A stretch of 64,000 bases of DNA from Selaginella moellendorffii (Eukaryota > Plantae > Lycopodiophyta): positions 393,795 to 457,794 of the forward strand of contig NW_003314357.1 of assembly GCF_000143415.4 (NCBI RefSeq). Reading direction: 5' to 3'. Both the position numbers and the translations under genes were made by a program. The number at the start of each line of letters is the position of its first letter. Within the stretch, counting starts at the first letter, position 1. The notes under the pieces were generated by a model. It saw only the letters and a program-made list of their open reading frames with translations, did no database searches and was not told the origin of the DNA. Shown piece after piece: positions 39,401-52,170 of the stretch.

Positions 39401-42400
39401 GTCCTTTCCCGGGATTCAGCTAGTGTTTAGAGGAGTTTGCACGGTTGGGAACACTAGAGAGCATTCTCAAGAGGACTCCTCAAGAGGTGCACATTGTCAA
39501 CATGACAAGACATGGTGGAGATCCTAGTCCATTCTTCATCCCGGTGCAGATTGGTACTTCCTCTTGTAGGATGGATGCTCTAGTTGACTCCGGTTCTGGA
39601 AGCAACATATCTCTCTCAAAGCTGCCCTTTCAGCATAGCTATAGGTCACTGAGAACTCCTCCATCGTGCTCAAGACCTTCGCCAACAACACCGTTCCTCC
39701 AACGGGCATTTGTTGTGGTCTCAAGGTCTCAGTGCAGGGTGTTCTAAGGTAGATTTCCTCGTGGTTGACTACCAACATCTTGGAACGTCCTCTTTGAAGG
39801 ACTCTATCATCCTTGGCCACTCATGGCAAATCACAGCCCATTGCACCATCAACAGCGCACAAGGCAAGATGGAAATTAGCGATGGAACCCATAGAGCCAC
39901 CTTTCTCAACAACCACAGCAGAGCTCTTTCTCAGCAAGCCCAACAGGCTCAAACTAAGATGACCTCCACTCTTGAGCTCACAGAGGTTTTTCCTAAGTTG
40001 GCGGTGGAGTCGACCATCTATATGACGAATGCTTTCTCATGCAATGCAATCGATATTGTTGGAGGTGAGTCAGATAGCTTGAGACATCCATTAGCCTTAC
40101 TCTCTTTATTTGAGAGTAAGGCCGAACCTTTAGCCATGCCCTCTTTATTTGATGGTGGGGCTTATAGGGTACGGACTCCCATATCCAGCTTTCTGGAGTG
40201 TTTCTCGATAGAGAAGGGCTTCTTGATTTGTTTCTTGTATGGGACCAACTCTCTCTTATGGAGCTTGAGGACACAGTCCCTCCAGACCAGGTACATCTTC
40301 CACAAGACCCAGCCAAACTCAATCCTCCTTAGCAACTATCTGAGATGTCACATAGCCAGCATCTTCCTACTAAAATCGCAGTAGCTGAAGACTCCAAGCG
40401 TATTTTGTCATGCCATTTCTTAGAGACGGAAGATGACATTCAGATACACAATTGGTAGAAAGAATCAAGCCAATCGGACATGCTGCATGTGAGTTTAAAA
40501 TTTCCTTGCTCTTTGAGTTTAAATTTTCTTTAGCTCTTTGAGTTTAAAATTTCCTACTGTGGAGTTCCCGGTATAAATCCAAGTGTATTACACTAAAACT
40601 TTAGCACCGAACTTGGACTTGACTTTGGTGGAGGATCTTCCTTCACTTGTAGAGTACTTGGCTACAATCCTTACATTGGATATTGAGCACTCAGAGCATC
40701 AGAAGCAAAGAGAACAACAGACAAAGACCACGGATCCAACAACAACATTTTTGCCTGACTTGCCAGAGACGGTCTTGCCAGATGTGGTGTCCCCAGCATC
40801 TTTATTTGAAGACGAGGACACTCTTATGATTACAGCTTATTTTGAGGGTGCTTTCTGCCCCAAAAACCAGGTTGCCGGCATTAAAGTTTGGATGATTGAT
40901 TCTGTGGAGAACAAAGTAGCCGACCTCTCTATCACTTTGCTAGCAACATCAGCTAATGAAGTAGAGTACTTGGCGGCTATTAGTGCCATGAAGTTGGCCA
41001 CAGATCTCAAGTTTAGGCAAGTCACTTTCATTGGAGATACACAACTTATCATACACCAACTTACTGGAGAATACCAAGTCCGCAAAGAGAACCTGAAAGA
41101 GCTATGGCAGCGGGCGGTCAACCTGAAGGATGAGTTCTTTTAAGTGACTTTTCAAAATGTCCCTCGTGAAGAAAACTTTTGGGCAGATAGGTTATCACAT
41201 TAAGCAATCACCATGATGTGGGAGGCAAAAGGCACTCCCTGCTCTTTGGTTTCCAAGGTCAGGGAGGAATCTAAGATAGATGAGCCCCTTGAGTCCAAGT
41301 TTTCTCTAGAATCCAAGGTTCATGCTGTTTTCCTAGGTGATGACAAGGATCTGGTGTTTATTGCCATATCACTTGCTTCAACAAATGCAGCAAAGCTCTT
41401 GGATCTCCTTCATTGTTTCAAGGACATATTTTCTTGGGATTATAGCTAGCTTCTAAAAGTTCCCATGGACATAATTATGCATAGTATTGTGCTTTCAGAG
41501 ACAGCCAAACCAGTCTGTCAAAAGATGCAGCGTTTTAGTCTGGCAGCTCACTTAGAGATGAAGTTGGAGATCAAGCAACTTCTGGCAGCCGGCTTTATTT
41601 ACCCTTTGGAGAGCTCAGAGTGGGTGGCCAATCTCATTCCTGCATGCAAGGCAAATGGAAAACTTTGCCTCTATGTTGACTTTAGAGACTTGAACAAGGC
41701 AACTGCAAAAGATCACTTTCTGACTCTATTTATCGATGCGATTGTGGATGAGATGGCTGGACACTGTTACTATTCTTTCATGGATGGCTTATCATGGTAC
41801 AACCAGATCTTCATTCATCCCGATCATCGAGATCTTATGGCATTCCAGACACCTTAGGGTGTCTTCACTTTCAACGTCCTCCCGTTTGGCTTGTGTAACA
41901 CTTGAGGTGAGTCCCAGCAACAAGCCTTTGAATCACTAAAGCAGTCACTCCGCATGGCCCCAGTACTCCAACCACCAGAGCGACAACTTCCTTTTGACAT
42001 TTACATCACAACGGGTATAGAGGCTTTTGGAGTATGCCTTTGCCAATGTTCACAGCCTGGCAAGCCACCACATGCAACATACTATGCCTCACATTCGTTC
42101 AAGGAGACTGAGAAGAAGTACGTGTACGTGGATGCGGAAAAAGAAGCAATGGTTGTTGTTTACACCTTGGAGCGATTTTGTCACTTTCTCACTGAAGCCT
42201 ATATCCATTTCCATGTCTATTTTAATGTGCTGACCTTTATTTTACAGTGACCTGTTCACAGTCCTTGTACTTTATCTTGGATTATCACCATCCAAGAGTT
42301 CCAGCCAACGTTTCACATGCGGTGGAAGTGTGTGATGGATCTGAGCGAGTTCCTGGTTGCTGAAGCTACTTCCTTTGTGGTCCCAGCAACATTACAGGAC

Positions 42401-43155
42401 ATTGCAGTGTACCTGGATTTAGGTCAGATCCCAGCAAATTCCTCACCAGTGCAACAAAAGGCATTGGAGATTCAAGCACGGGGGTTTTGCCTTCTCGACA
42501 GACACCTTTACAGGAGGACTTCTCAGGAAGTTTTGTTGCGGAGCAGTAGGAGCAGCTACCATGCCCCCAGTAGCCTCTATAGTAGATCCACCTATAATGC
42601 TACCAATAAAGTCCTCAGCTGGTTCATCTACCTCGCCATGAGCAGCCTCAACAACCGAAGGCACAACACCCCCACCACCGCCAACATCAGATGCAAGTAC
42701 CCCACCACCAATACCCGCAGCCTCAGGAGCACCAATACCAACAGCCTCAATAACACCAACATCGATTTGAGTGTTCATCTCAACATCTACGTCATTGTTA
42801 TGCTCATCGTTGCCTCTAGCATGACTAGCCAAAACTTCATTGGATACTTGAGATGAATCTCCACTCAATCGGCCAAGCCCACAGCGATCAAGGCGGTTGC
42901 CTTTTCCTGGAGATCGAGACCATTGAGGCTGGCCTCGGCGCTTCCTCTAAAATAAAAAGCAAAACTATTATAACATCTAACTTGTAATGTAAAGCAAATC
43001 TATGGCATTTTAAGTTCAAATCCCTTATTGGAAGTTTCAGGGGCAGTCAAGGTTGATTTATATCTGCTCTCACAAGAAAAGTTTGTAAGTAAAAGATGTG
43101 AAAATAGATTGTAAACTACAAGAAATGCAAAGGAAAAAAACATAAGTCACTGGGA

Positions 43156-43685
43156 GAGGTTGGTTCATGCGAGAACTGACCTCACCCTACCTCTCGAGAA
43201 AAAGGAAAAACACAACAAGATTATGAGAGAGGTCAGTTCGCGCAAAAACTGACATCTTCCACCCTATAATTTTCATATGAAATGCCCCATCAAGTCAATG
43301 AAATAAAAAAAAAAACCTTGAAGATGTCGGTTCGCACAAGAACTGACATTTCAATCTCTCTCTATTTTCAAAAATATAGAAATCTCACCACTAGAAACAT
43401 GAAAAAAATCAAGAAAGCTCGCTTCTAGAAAAAATGAAGGTGGGGAGATGTCGGTTTGCGCGCGAACTGATCTTTCCCACCCCTTCAACAAGGAAAAAAA
43501 ATGTAAAAAATGAGGTAGAGATAGGCAAAAAGCTAAACAGAAAATGAAATAGAATGCTAAGAGATGTCGGTTCGCACAAGAATCGACATCTTTGTCCCTC
43601 AAGAGAAAACAAAAGTTGAGAAAACAGAAACTTCTAATGGAAGCAAGAAAGTGAAGAGACATCAGTTCACGTGCGAACCGACCTT
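43156..43685. repeat. Six spaced 28-bp palindromes GATGTCRGTTC-N6-GAACYGACATC (cassette C); a further copy at 47869
   Basis: Copies at 43156, 43229, 43323, 43447, 43563 and 43658, separated by unrelated A-rich spacers. Confidence 0.85.
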
Positions 43686-43925
43686 CTCAAGGAAGCATAC
43701 CTTGTTTGAGGAGCGTCTTGAAGCACATTGCTTGATTGAAGTGCCTTTCTCTTGCCCTTCCTTGCTCAAGCACGCTTTTCTCTCGCCCTTTGCTACTCAA
43801 ACCCTAGGTGTAAAACCCTAAAAATCAACGGACGTGATCAATAGTCACGATCAATGGCCACGATTTTCATTCTTTTTGATGGTGATCAATGGACACAATC
43901 ATTCAATGCTTTAGATATTAAGATA

Positions 43926-44261
43926 TGTATAATTGATCGTGAGAGGAATAATATTGTTGAAATGAATGTGGTTGTGAGTGAGAAGTGCCAGTTAATCACA
44001 AAAGTTGTAGTATTGATTGTTTGTTCTCCCTTTCATTTCCATGCTCTCTTCCCTTCGGAAAAACCACGCACAAACCAACCTTTCCGAGCTTGAGTCTCTC
44101 TCACTTGTCACAAAAGAATGAAACTCTCTTGAAGGGAAGAGAGCATGGAAATGAGAGGGAGAACAAACAATCAATGCTACAACTTTTGTGATTGACTAAT
44201 GCTTCTTACTCATAACCACATTCATTTCAACAATATTATTCCTCTCACAATCAATTATACA
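43926..44261. repeat. Fold-back hairpin with ~130-bp arms and ~75-bp loop (MITE-like or hairpin RNA)
   Basis: tgtataattgatcgtgagaggaataatattgttgaaatgaatgtggtt...catgctctcttcccttc pairs with gaagggaagagagcatg...aaccacattcatttcaacaatattattcctctcacaatcaattataca. Confidence 0.9.
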
Positions 44262-44565
44262 ATTAATATAGGTGCTCTTTAAGATTCTCATATCTCTCTA
44301 GATTCTAAACGGTTGTATATTTTGTTAAAATAATTAACTTGTCCTTTGCAAGGACATAGCTAATTAATGCTCACAATACAGAAGAATATCTTTGCTCTTT
44401 CTTGTTAGTTTCTTCCCAAGCTTTTTCTAAGTGCTCGAGCAAGGAGAAGATATGAGAGAATTTTATTTGAAGTTCGATCAAGAGCCCCCAATTGTTTTCT
44501 CTAAGAGTGTTATATAAGAGAGCTTCCTCTACAAAAGATTCAAGCTAAAGCCAAGATCAGTTAAT

Positions 44566-47500
44566 TTGGAGAATATATGTCGTGATAAGGGTAATCAGAT
44601 AGAAAAATCCATTCTTCTCGACAGTGGTGTGGGAGAGAATGGGATTCAATGGGATCTTAATAGATGTACAGGTCAAGAGATTCTAGTTACAGGATCTTCA
44701 AAGCGAGCAGAGGAGAGTGCATCAGTTTCACAGCCAACTGTGCAAGGAGTGAAGGATGAAGTTGTTATTCTCTCTAGTGACGAAAATGAAGAAGATGAGC
44801 TTCCCGACATAGCTTCCCAGACAAGTAGGTGTGTTCCTTCTGGACCAGTTTTTGAAGTGGTGGATAAGGCATTTCAGCAATCTCGATCATTACAGTTGGA
44901 ATTGAAGGAGTTCCAGTACATGAGAGGTGAGGAGCTTCCTTCTTCCTATAATGGGAATATATTCTTTGAGTTTCCACCAGCAAGTTCGTCATGTCGGAAA
45001 AGGGGTATGGAGACACGTCTTGATCCACATAATTGGTGCAGAGTAAAGACGACCCACTTCTCTCATTTCGATGGATCTGTGTCTATAGTCCATTGTGGTG
45101 GACAGCTTCAGTGTGTCACTAAGAAATGCATTTCTGATCATGGCAAGAATATGTGTTTCTTTGAAGGCTCAACGATCAATCCCCCTAGGCGTGATGAAGT
45201 TGCTACAAGATTTAGATGTCGCAAATGCGGGGCAACACCTGTATGTCAAGCATGTTGCGATGCAAAAATGTATTATTTTCTTCCACGGGATGGATGTTTA
45301 GGCAGAGCAGCAGTGCATGTTGGATACCACCAACACGCAATAGAGGAAGGAATCCACCGTGATTCTTTTTGCAATTTGAAGACTGCTGTTACTACAGAGG
45401 TTGGGAAGAAAAGTGTAGTAACTCCAAAGTGTGTTCAACAGTCTGTACTAAAGGACTATATGGTGAACATGTTGCTACAATCTGATGGCAAAAAAGAGTT
45501 CACGGAGAATAGCTTGAAGGACCTACTTCGAAATATAGAACCCATAACAAATTTAAACAGGTATAAAATTAACACTTAACTCTACTTTATCACTAATAAC
45601 ACTCTTTTTTTTGGTAGAATAAAGGACTGGATGCGAGAAGGGTGAGATGGAAAGCTTCAATCTGGATTGAATGGGATTTTGGAGCTAAAGAGAAAATTTC
45701 CCTATGAATTTATTCATGGGAGCTTATTCGTTAGCCAAGTGACTTCGAACAATCAATGCCCTTTCATCTTTAAGATGTCTACCCTTGGTCCTGCTTCTGG
45801 TGTGGACTTTGTACAACGAATGGATATAGATAGAGATGGGGATTTTGCTAATTCTTGGATCCATTTTGACCATATGGAGCGAGTTTCAGGCTGGTCAACA
45901 ATGGGAGCTCATGTTTAGGATCCATACCAATTTATATTATAATCATTCCTTCTATAAGTTGTAGTGCAATTTGACTATAGCTATAGCCAAATTCAAGGTT
46001 CGAGATTTCCAAGCATAAACCATCTTTTGGACATGTATGTCCGAGGTTGTTGAACAGCAAACCGGGAAGAAACCCAACTTCCGTGGTTTCATGGCAGATG
46101 CAGCTGGTGTTAACTGGTTGGCTGTACAACAAGTATTCGAAGGTGATAAAAGTCAGCCATTACAAGGTAGAGAGAAGAGTTGTGAGTTTCATTGGGCAAA
46201 GAGCGTCAATGAACATTGCCGATGCATCAAGTCTACCTTCCATCACGAGTTCAAGCAGCTTTGTCGGGAATGGATGGATGCACCAACTAAAGAGAAGCAC
46301 GAGGCAAAGGCAAATGAAATGCGCATATGGTGGCGTGAAGGAGACAAAATGCCAATTGAAAACCTTCCACAAATGGAATGCTGGCTTGCATGGTGGGAAG
46401 TTCGAATGTTTCAGTGTTATACTCTCCATGTAAGCTTTCTCTCATTTTCTTTCTTGTCACATTCAAATGTTGCATTTTTTGTAGGATCAACCACTTGATG
46501 ACATTGCACTTACACCAACAATTAATCTCTCTAAGAGCAAACATTGGAGTTGAAGAGCTTCTGAAGCAAGGAAAGGAAAAGTGTCCCTTTATGAAGCTAC
46601 GCTCTCCGACCTCACTAGATCTCTTGAGCAGTCATCAAAAGCTTTGGCTGCATAGGAAGCAAGGTCTACTGGTACAGGTCTGAACTTAGGCTTCGAGAGC
46701 AGGTTGGTAGAAGGACAACACCAGCAGCAGGGTCAATGTCTAAAATGGTGGAGGAAGTTGTTGCTAGAACTCCTATGAAATCAAGTTATGAACCACTCGG
46801 GGACATGAGAACAGCCCGTATGAAGCATCAATAGACATTTGATGGGCCAAACATCACTCCTTCTAGCTCTCACCGTTCAGAGTTTGACTACCATTCTGTT
46901 CTACGACACCGAAAAAGAACTAAGGAACATGGAGTGGAGGAGGTGCCAGTTGTTACACAAGTAAGTCCAGTGCCAGAGGTTGAAAAGGTTATTTTTCGTG
47001 AGCCAGTTTCTCGTATCAACTGGGCAATTCGAAGAGTCAGTGCCAAGAGCAATGCACATTGCTCTGGAATGATTAGGAGTCAAGGTCAGTGTCTCGCATT
47101 TGTGTGCTCAGGTTCAAGTTCTTCAGCAGTGCCATGTTTCTGGGGCTGTCGAGATCTAGGAGTGAAGGGCCGCCAATCAAGTTGGATTTACTGTTGTGGG
47201 ACTGATGTTACTCATACAAGCCGGATCCACAGCTCAATTATTTTGAAGCCAGATTCTATGCCAGAGGAGTGGCTAGTTGAGCGAAGCTGCAATCTTTTGA
47301 AAGAAGAGATTGAAAGTCTGGAGAGAGCAGGTTTCAAACTAAAGATTTCCTCAAATGTTGCTATTAGTACTGCTATGCCACCAATATCAACACTAGACCA
47401 GCATACACGACCAGCTAGGAATGGGAAGGTTATACAATACAGGTCTTCCATTTCAAAAGGTGCACAAGAGAAGATCAAGCTGGCAAAAGAGCTAAAGTGC

Positions 47501-47773
47501 ACAATCACAAAGACAAACTACATCAGTGCTATGGCTAAGGAGTTTGTTATTGTGACTGAGTCATCAAAGGGTACGAGCTACACTGTCAAAATCTGCGAAA
47601 ATCCATCCTATACCTATCCAGATTTTACATTGCGGGAGAATAGGGGAAAGGTATATTTAGCCTGCAAGCACATCTATTACATTTTTATGCAGGAACTAAA
47701 CCAAGATCCTAAGATCGACCATCACATCTACCAGGCAAGCCTTACAGTTGCGGAGCTTAAGAAGTGTTTTTAG
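44566..47773 (+). pseudogene. MULE-superfamily transposase (GCM-like Zn domain, DDE core, SWIM finger); intron-containing, with stops
   Basis: CGGQLQC...CRKC...C..HVGYHQH; WIHFDH; FMADAAG...CEFHWAKS (CxxH); YTVKI...PDF...ACKHIYY. Premature stops, e.g. 45918. Confidence 0.75.
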
Positions 47774-50700
47774 ATTTCTTTTAGTGTTCAGATCTATATT
47801 TATATTTGTATTTTATTGGTCGAATTTACTTGGAAATATAGATTAAATAAAAATTTGAAAAATGGAAAGATGTTGGTTCGGGACGAACCAATGTTTTTCT
47901 TGTGTTTGAGAAGCCGTGAGCTCATGAGCTCAAAACCTATCCAGGCTCGCTTCCAATGGAGATCCAGGTGCCATCACTCTCACTTTCACTCTGATACGCA
48001 GCAGCGATGGAGCTTAGCGATGAGGACAAGCTTCATGCATGTGACTTGGATGTTCTTGCCTTGGAAGAACAATGATAATCTACGATTGAACGTCTCCTTC
48101 GAGGCAAGCAGAATATCAAGTCAGTCATTGATCACCAACAGTTTGTCGAACCATTCATGGGTGGTGATCTTGTTCTACTCAAGGAGTTCACGCCACCTTT
48201 GAAGTTCTCCCCTTGCTAGACCAGGCCCTACTTTGTCCAACGACACATTGGAGGTGAAACATACGTGCTAGTTGATGTTGATGGACGTGAGCTCCCACAC
48301 GCTCACAACCATTCTCACCTCAAATGCTTCATCTAGTGAGGTGTTCCTCTTCTCTTCTTTTTCCTTTTCTTTTTCTTCCTTTCTTTCACTTTACTTTCAT
48401 GACTCCTTTTCTTACTTTCAGAGGGTGTTTCCCCATTTGACCATGCCCTATGCCTTGGATTTCATGCTTAGTTGTATCGCTTGGCCCGGTCTATGTTCCA
48501 GGTTCTTTGGCCCTTCCCTTACCATTACTACACCCCACACATTCCCCTCACCCATTCCATATCATCTACACTCACAATTCCATCACCAATCACTTCCAAC
48601 AGCGTTGCACTTATCTTTGGATGCCCGTCTTGCATCTTTCATTCTTTCACCATCATTCACATCTTTGTTTGAGGTCACAATTACACCATACCATGGACAC
48701 ACATACGTGCACCAGTAGCAAAAGACACCACATCATTTGGACATGCCGTTTCTGGGATATCCTTACGAGTATTTTACAATGATGCACTAGCTTTTCTGGA
48801 GCACCTTTCTTCCAACTGGGTGAACCTGTTCACTCAAGGCACCTAAGTGGATCTTTAGGCGAGGCAACAATAGCTGAAGCCACTTTCTTCTGCTCCAACA
48901 CTCAGTGGACACATGCCACCTCTCTTTACCGGCAACCCAGTGACTACACCATCCTTTTCAGCTACTGTCTTCCTCAGTCCAACACATCAGTCTATTGGCC
49001 TACCACTTCTCAAAGTGCCACCACCATCTTGGCGCTCCATCATATCACTCCACCATATCAGTGCTGGAGTAGGTGCAGGAGTAGGAGCGAGAGCAAGTGG
49101 TTACCGGTTACAAGTCCTTAGTTACTAGTTACTAGTTACTGGTTACCAGTTACTGGCTACTCCGAGAAGTCAGTGCTTACTCTACGGGCCAACGGTTATA
49201 GATGACCACCTTTTCAAAGTGCCACCACCATCTTGGCGCTCCACCATATCACTCCATCTTTCATCATTTCTATACTTACCACCCTTGGGCAATGTATCCC
49301 CTCTTCTACCTCTCTTTCTTTCTTAATTTCGGCCAATCCTTGGAGCATACTGGAAGTCATCAAGAGGCTAGATTTGCATATTACACTTTCCTGAGTCGAA
49401 ATCTAGGTACAGATTAAGTTCTTTGGGTACTCACTCTTTTTCCTCTATTTTCCTCCTCTTTTCACACTTTTTCGACACTTTTTCTTCAACTTCAAGGTCT
49501 AATTTGACTACAGGGTTTCCCACCGGGTTTTCCTCCCTGTCTCTAAACTTCACACCTACCCTTTTTCTTTCATTTTCCACTTTGTTTTCCAGAGTTTCTA
49601 CTATTTCACGTAGTTACCAGCACTTAGCATCAGTAGCAGAGGTACACTCTACACTCTTTGAAGGGTTCTCGCATGTCTAGAGCCAGTGCAATCCACCATG
49701 GTCGCATGTTAGGGCATGGCCATGGAGAGAGTGAGAGAGAGAGAGAGAGAGGGACTATTCTGGTCTTCAAAATATTCCCCATCTTCCTTTGTCCCACAAG
49801 GGCAAGGGGGGGGGGGGCATTTTGTGGAGAGTATTCAAGCATTTTTCATGTTTGAGTGAGTGTTGGGGGAGGTGCCCCTCCTTCCCCCAACACTGTCAGT
49901 AGAAGATTGGCCTTTTTCTTGTCTTGCTACTTATTCTTCAATTGTGGACAATCAACTTTATAGTGTCCAAGCTCACCACAATGATGAAAACCTTATCTAT
50001 AATTCGTCACAAAGAACTTTTGCTTCTTTGACCCCTTTGCATCCGAAGTAGTCACCACAGACTTTAATTTGTCGTACTTGTTCCCATCTTTGTGTCCACG
50101 ACGATCATCACAACAATTCTTGACAAAAGGACTTCACAAACACTTGCAAGATTTGTGCTTCTCATTGTCAAATTGACAACCCGCATCAAAGAGCTCCTCC
50201 AAACTCTTTGGAGGCTAAGAATGACACAAGTGTTGCCACATGCTCTTACAATGAAGGCCATCAATGAAGTAGGACTTTGTTTTGATCTGGATCCTTCATT
50301 GGAACACAACTAATCAAGTAAGTAAGCTTTTCAATATAGTCCCCGAGCATCATTTTCCCTTGCTGGAAATGTCAAAGTTCTATGCGATCATTCTCCACGT
50401 TATAATGAGGGGTAAAATGTAAACGGAAAGCAACCTCAAAATCATCCATGGTAGACACTAATGGGTTTTTATCTGCAACACAAGATTCCTCAAGACAATT
50501 CCACCATTGAAGACCTATATCATGCAAAACCATTAAAATAGCCACTAAAGCCTCTACATCCGGAGTTCCTTGCTAAAAATGTCAAAGTTCTGTGTGAGTA
50601 TTCTCCACATTGTAGTGAGGGGCAAAACGTAAATAGAAGGCAGCCTCAAACTCATCTATGGTAGACACTAATGGTCTCTTATCCGCAACACAAGACTCCT

Positions 50701-51333
50701 CAAGACAATTCCACCATCGAAGATCTGCATCACGCAAAACTATTGGCATAGCCACTAAAGCCTCTGCATCTAGAGTTCCCCTAACAACCAAGAACTTCTA
50801 CATTGGCTAGCCAAACGAGACACTCATCCACACCACCATCATTGGAAAATGTTGGAATCTTGAGTTGATCTACCAAGGAAGGCTTACTTGGAGCGCTACC
50901 ACATCCAACCTCGAGTGCCTCAACATGCCCACGCATAGTATCCATCATGCCATGCATCTCGTCTTGCATCTCTTGTTGAGTTCGATTAAGGGCTCACAGC
51001 TCATGAATAACATCTTGAATAGTCCAAATTTCCACAACTCCATCAGCACCATCATCAGCACCACCATCAATAATAGGATTCCAATGTTTAGTTTGGTCGG
51101 CCATCACAACCAACTTCTTTGATACCAATGTTATAATCCGGTGCAAAAAGATAGAGATTTAGTCTCCCTAGATTATGCTATGCCACCTCTTGAGGTTCCT
51201 CACCTACCTCAAAAGCTCCACTGTGCCGCTGCTCCATTGTGAGGCTTAAGGTAGATTAAGTCCCTTACCCTAATATGCCTTAATATACCTTTGAGCCTAA
51301 CGTTGACCACATGGTCAACACTGGTGCCCAACA

Positions 51334-52170
51334 GGCTCACATTCCAGCTGCTTCAATGACTTGCATGTTTTGAACTTGAAAAAGGTAGGCTTGATGCATT
51401 TCTCCTTTGAACTTATGGATTTATGACTTCGATTGGAATGGTCCCATAAAGAGACTGAGTGTACATTCACGCCTCATGCAGGCCATTCTAGCTCAACCAT
51501 TGGTGATTTATGGTACATTGTTGGTGGAAGGTACAATAAACCTGGTAAGTGTATCATCCATTTTATGTTTGTTCTGACTTCTCTTGTACCATGTTCTGTA
51601 CTAGAGATTTCAAAAACAATTGTCCTGAATATGAAAACTCTTGACTGGTCACTTCTAACTTCTGTGCCATAGACATATATTATATGTGAGGTATGCATTT
51701 TGATTATGATTCCATTCTTCATTTTCTGTCTCGTCTAGGGATTGAGTCTTGTCTTCACATGTTTGAATGGCAAAGAAACATTAATAGCCTTTGGTGGCTA
51801 CAAGGAAAAATAGATCGATGAGGTTTATTGTTTTTTTTCTCTTTTTTGAGACTGTGACTTGTATTGATGTGGAAGCTTTCAGATGCATGTACTGAAGACG
51901 AGCATAAGCCAATCAAATGCGTCTCCAGCTCTGAGTTTTGGTGGAAGCCATTTTACAGAGGTTGGAGATATGCCTGAGAGCTAAATAATTTTGAAAGAAC
52001 CAATAGATCATTATCATGTTTTGGTGTGCCTTTCCTTGTTTGATAATGTTATTTCAATGTTTTCTCTTTTCTTTCCAGGAGAAGGGGATGGTCCAAAGTT
52101 GAGTTGAGCTCAATTCAACACAAGTCAACTCAAGTCAACATAGTCACTAAGAAATATTACAAAGGAGATC
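51334..52170 (+). pseudogene. Kelch-repeat gene, 3' part
   Basis: Resumes GSHSSCFNDLHVLNL, then AGHSSSTIGDLWYIVGG, VLNMKTLDWSLLTSV and GLSLV...LIAFGGY. Contains stops. Confidence 0.8.

Larger units (their letters stand above)
36644..49892 (+). mobile_element. Tat-like Ty3/gypsy element with an extra RNase H between protease and RT; decayed and interrupted by cassette C
   Basis: Short LTRs 36644-36831 and 49707-49892 (TGTTAGGG...CCAACA). Trp-type PBS tggtgaacccgg. Probable 4-bp TSD CCGT/CTGT. gag from 38098, ALVDSGSGSN ~39580, extra RNase H 40583-41143 (ANEVEYLA, IGDTQLII), RT from 41465, RH from 41954. Confidence 0.8.
21994..51333 (-). mobile_element. Outer Ty3/gypsy LTR retrotransposon containing nested insertions
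   Basis: LTRs 21994-22189 and 51129-51333. TSD GGCTC (21989-21993/51334-51338). Met PBS (ctttgatacca) ends at 51127 and a PPT-like tract lies at 22190-22204. Decayed integrase ~22200-23680, protease ILLDSG ~36430-36640, gag ~49900-51100. Confidence 0.85.

Noticed and set aside
43156-43685. CRISPR array
   Set aside because: Eukaryotic context, no cas genes, degenerate repeats and irregular A-rich spacers.
50340-50785. 210-bp tandem duplication in the outer gag
   Set aside because: Real but an ordinary duplication inside a dead element.
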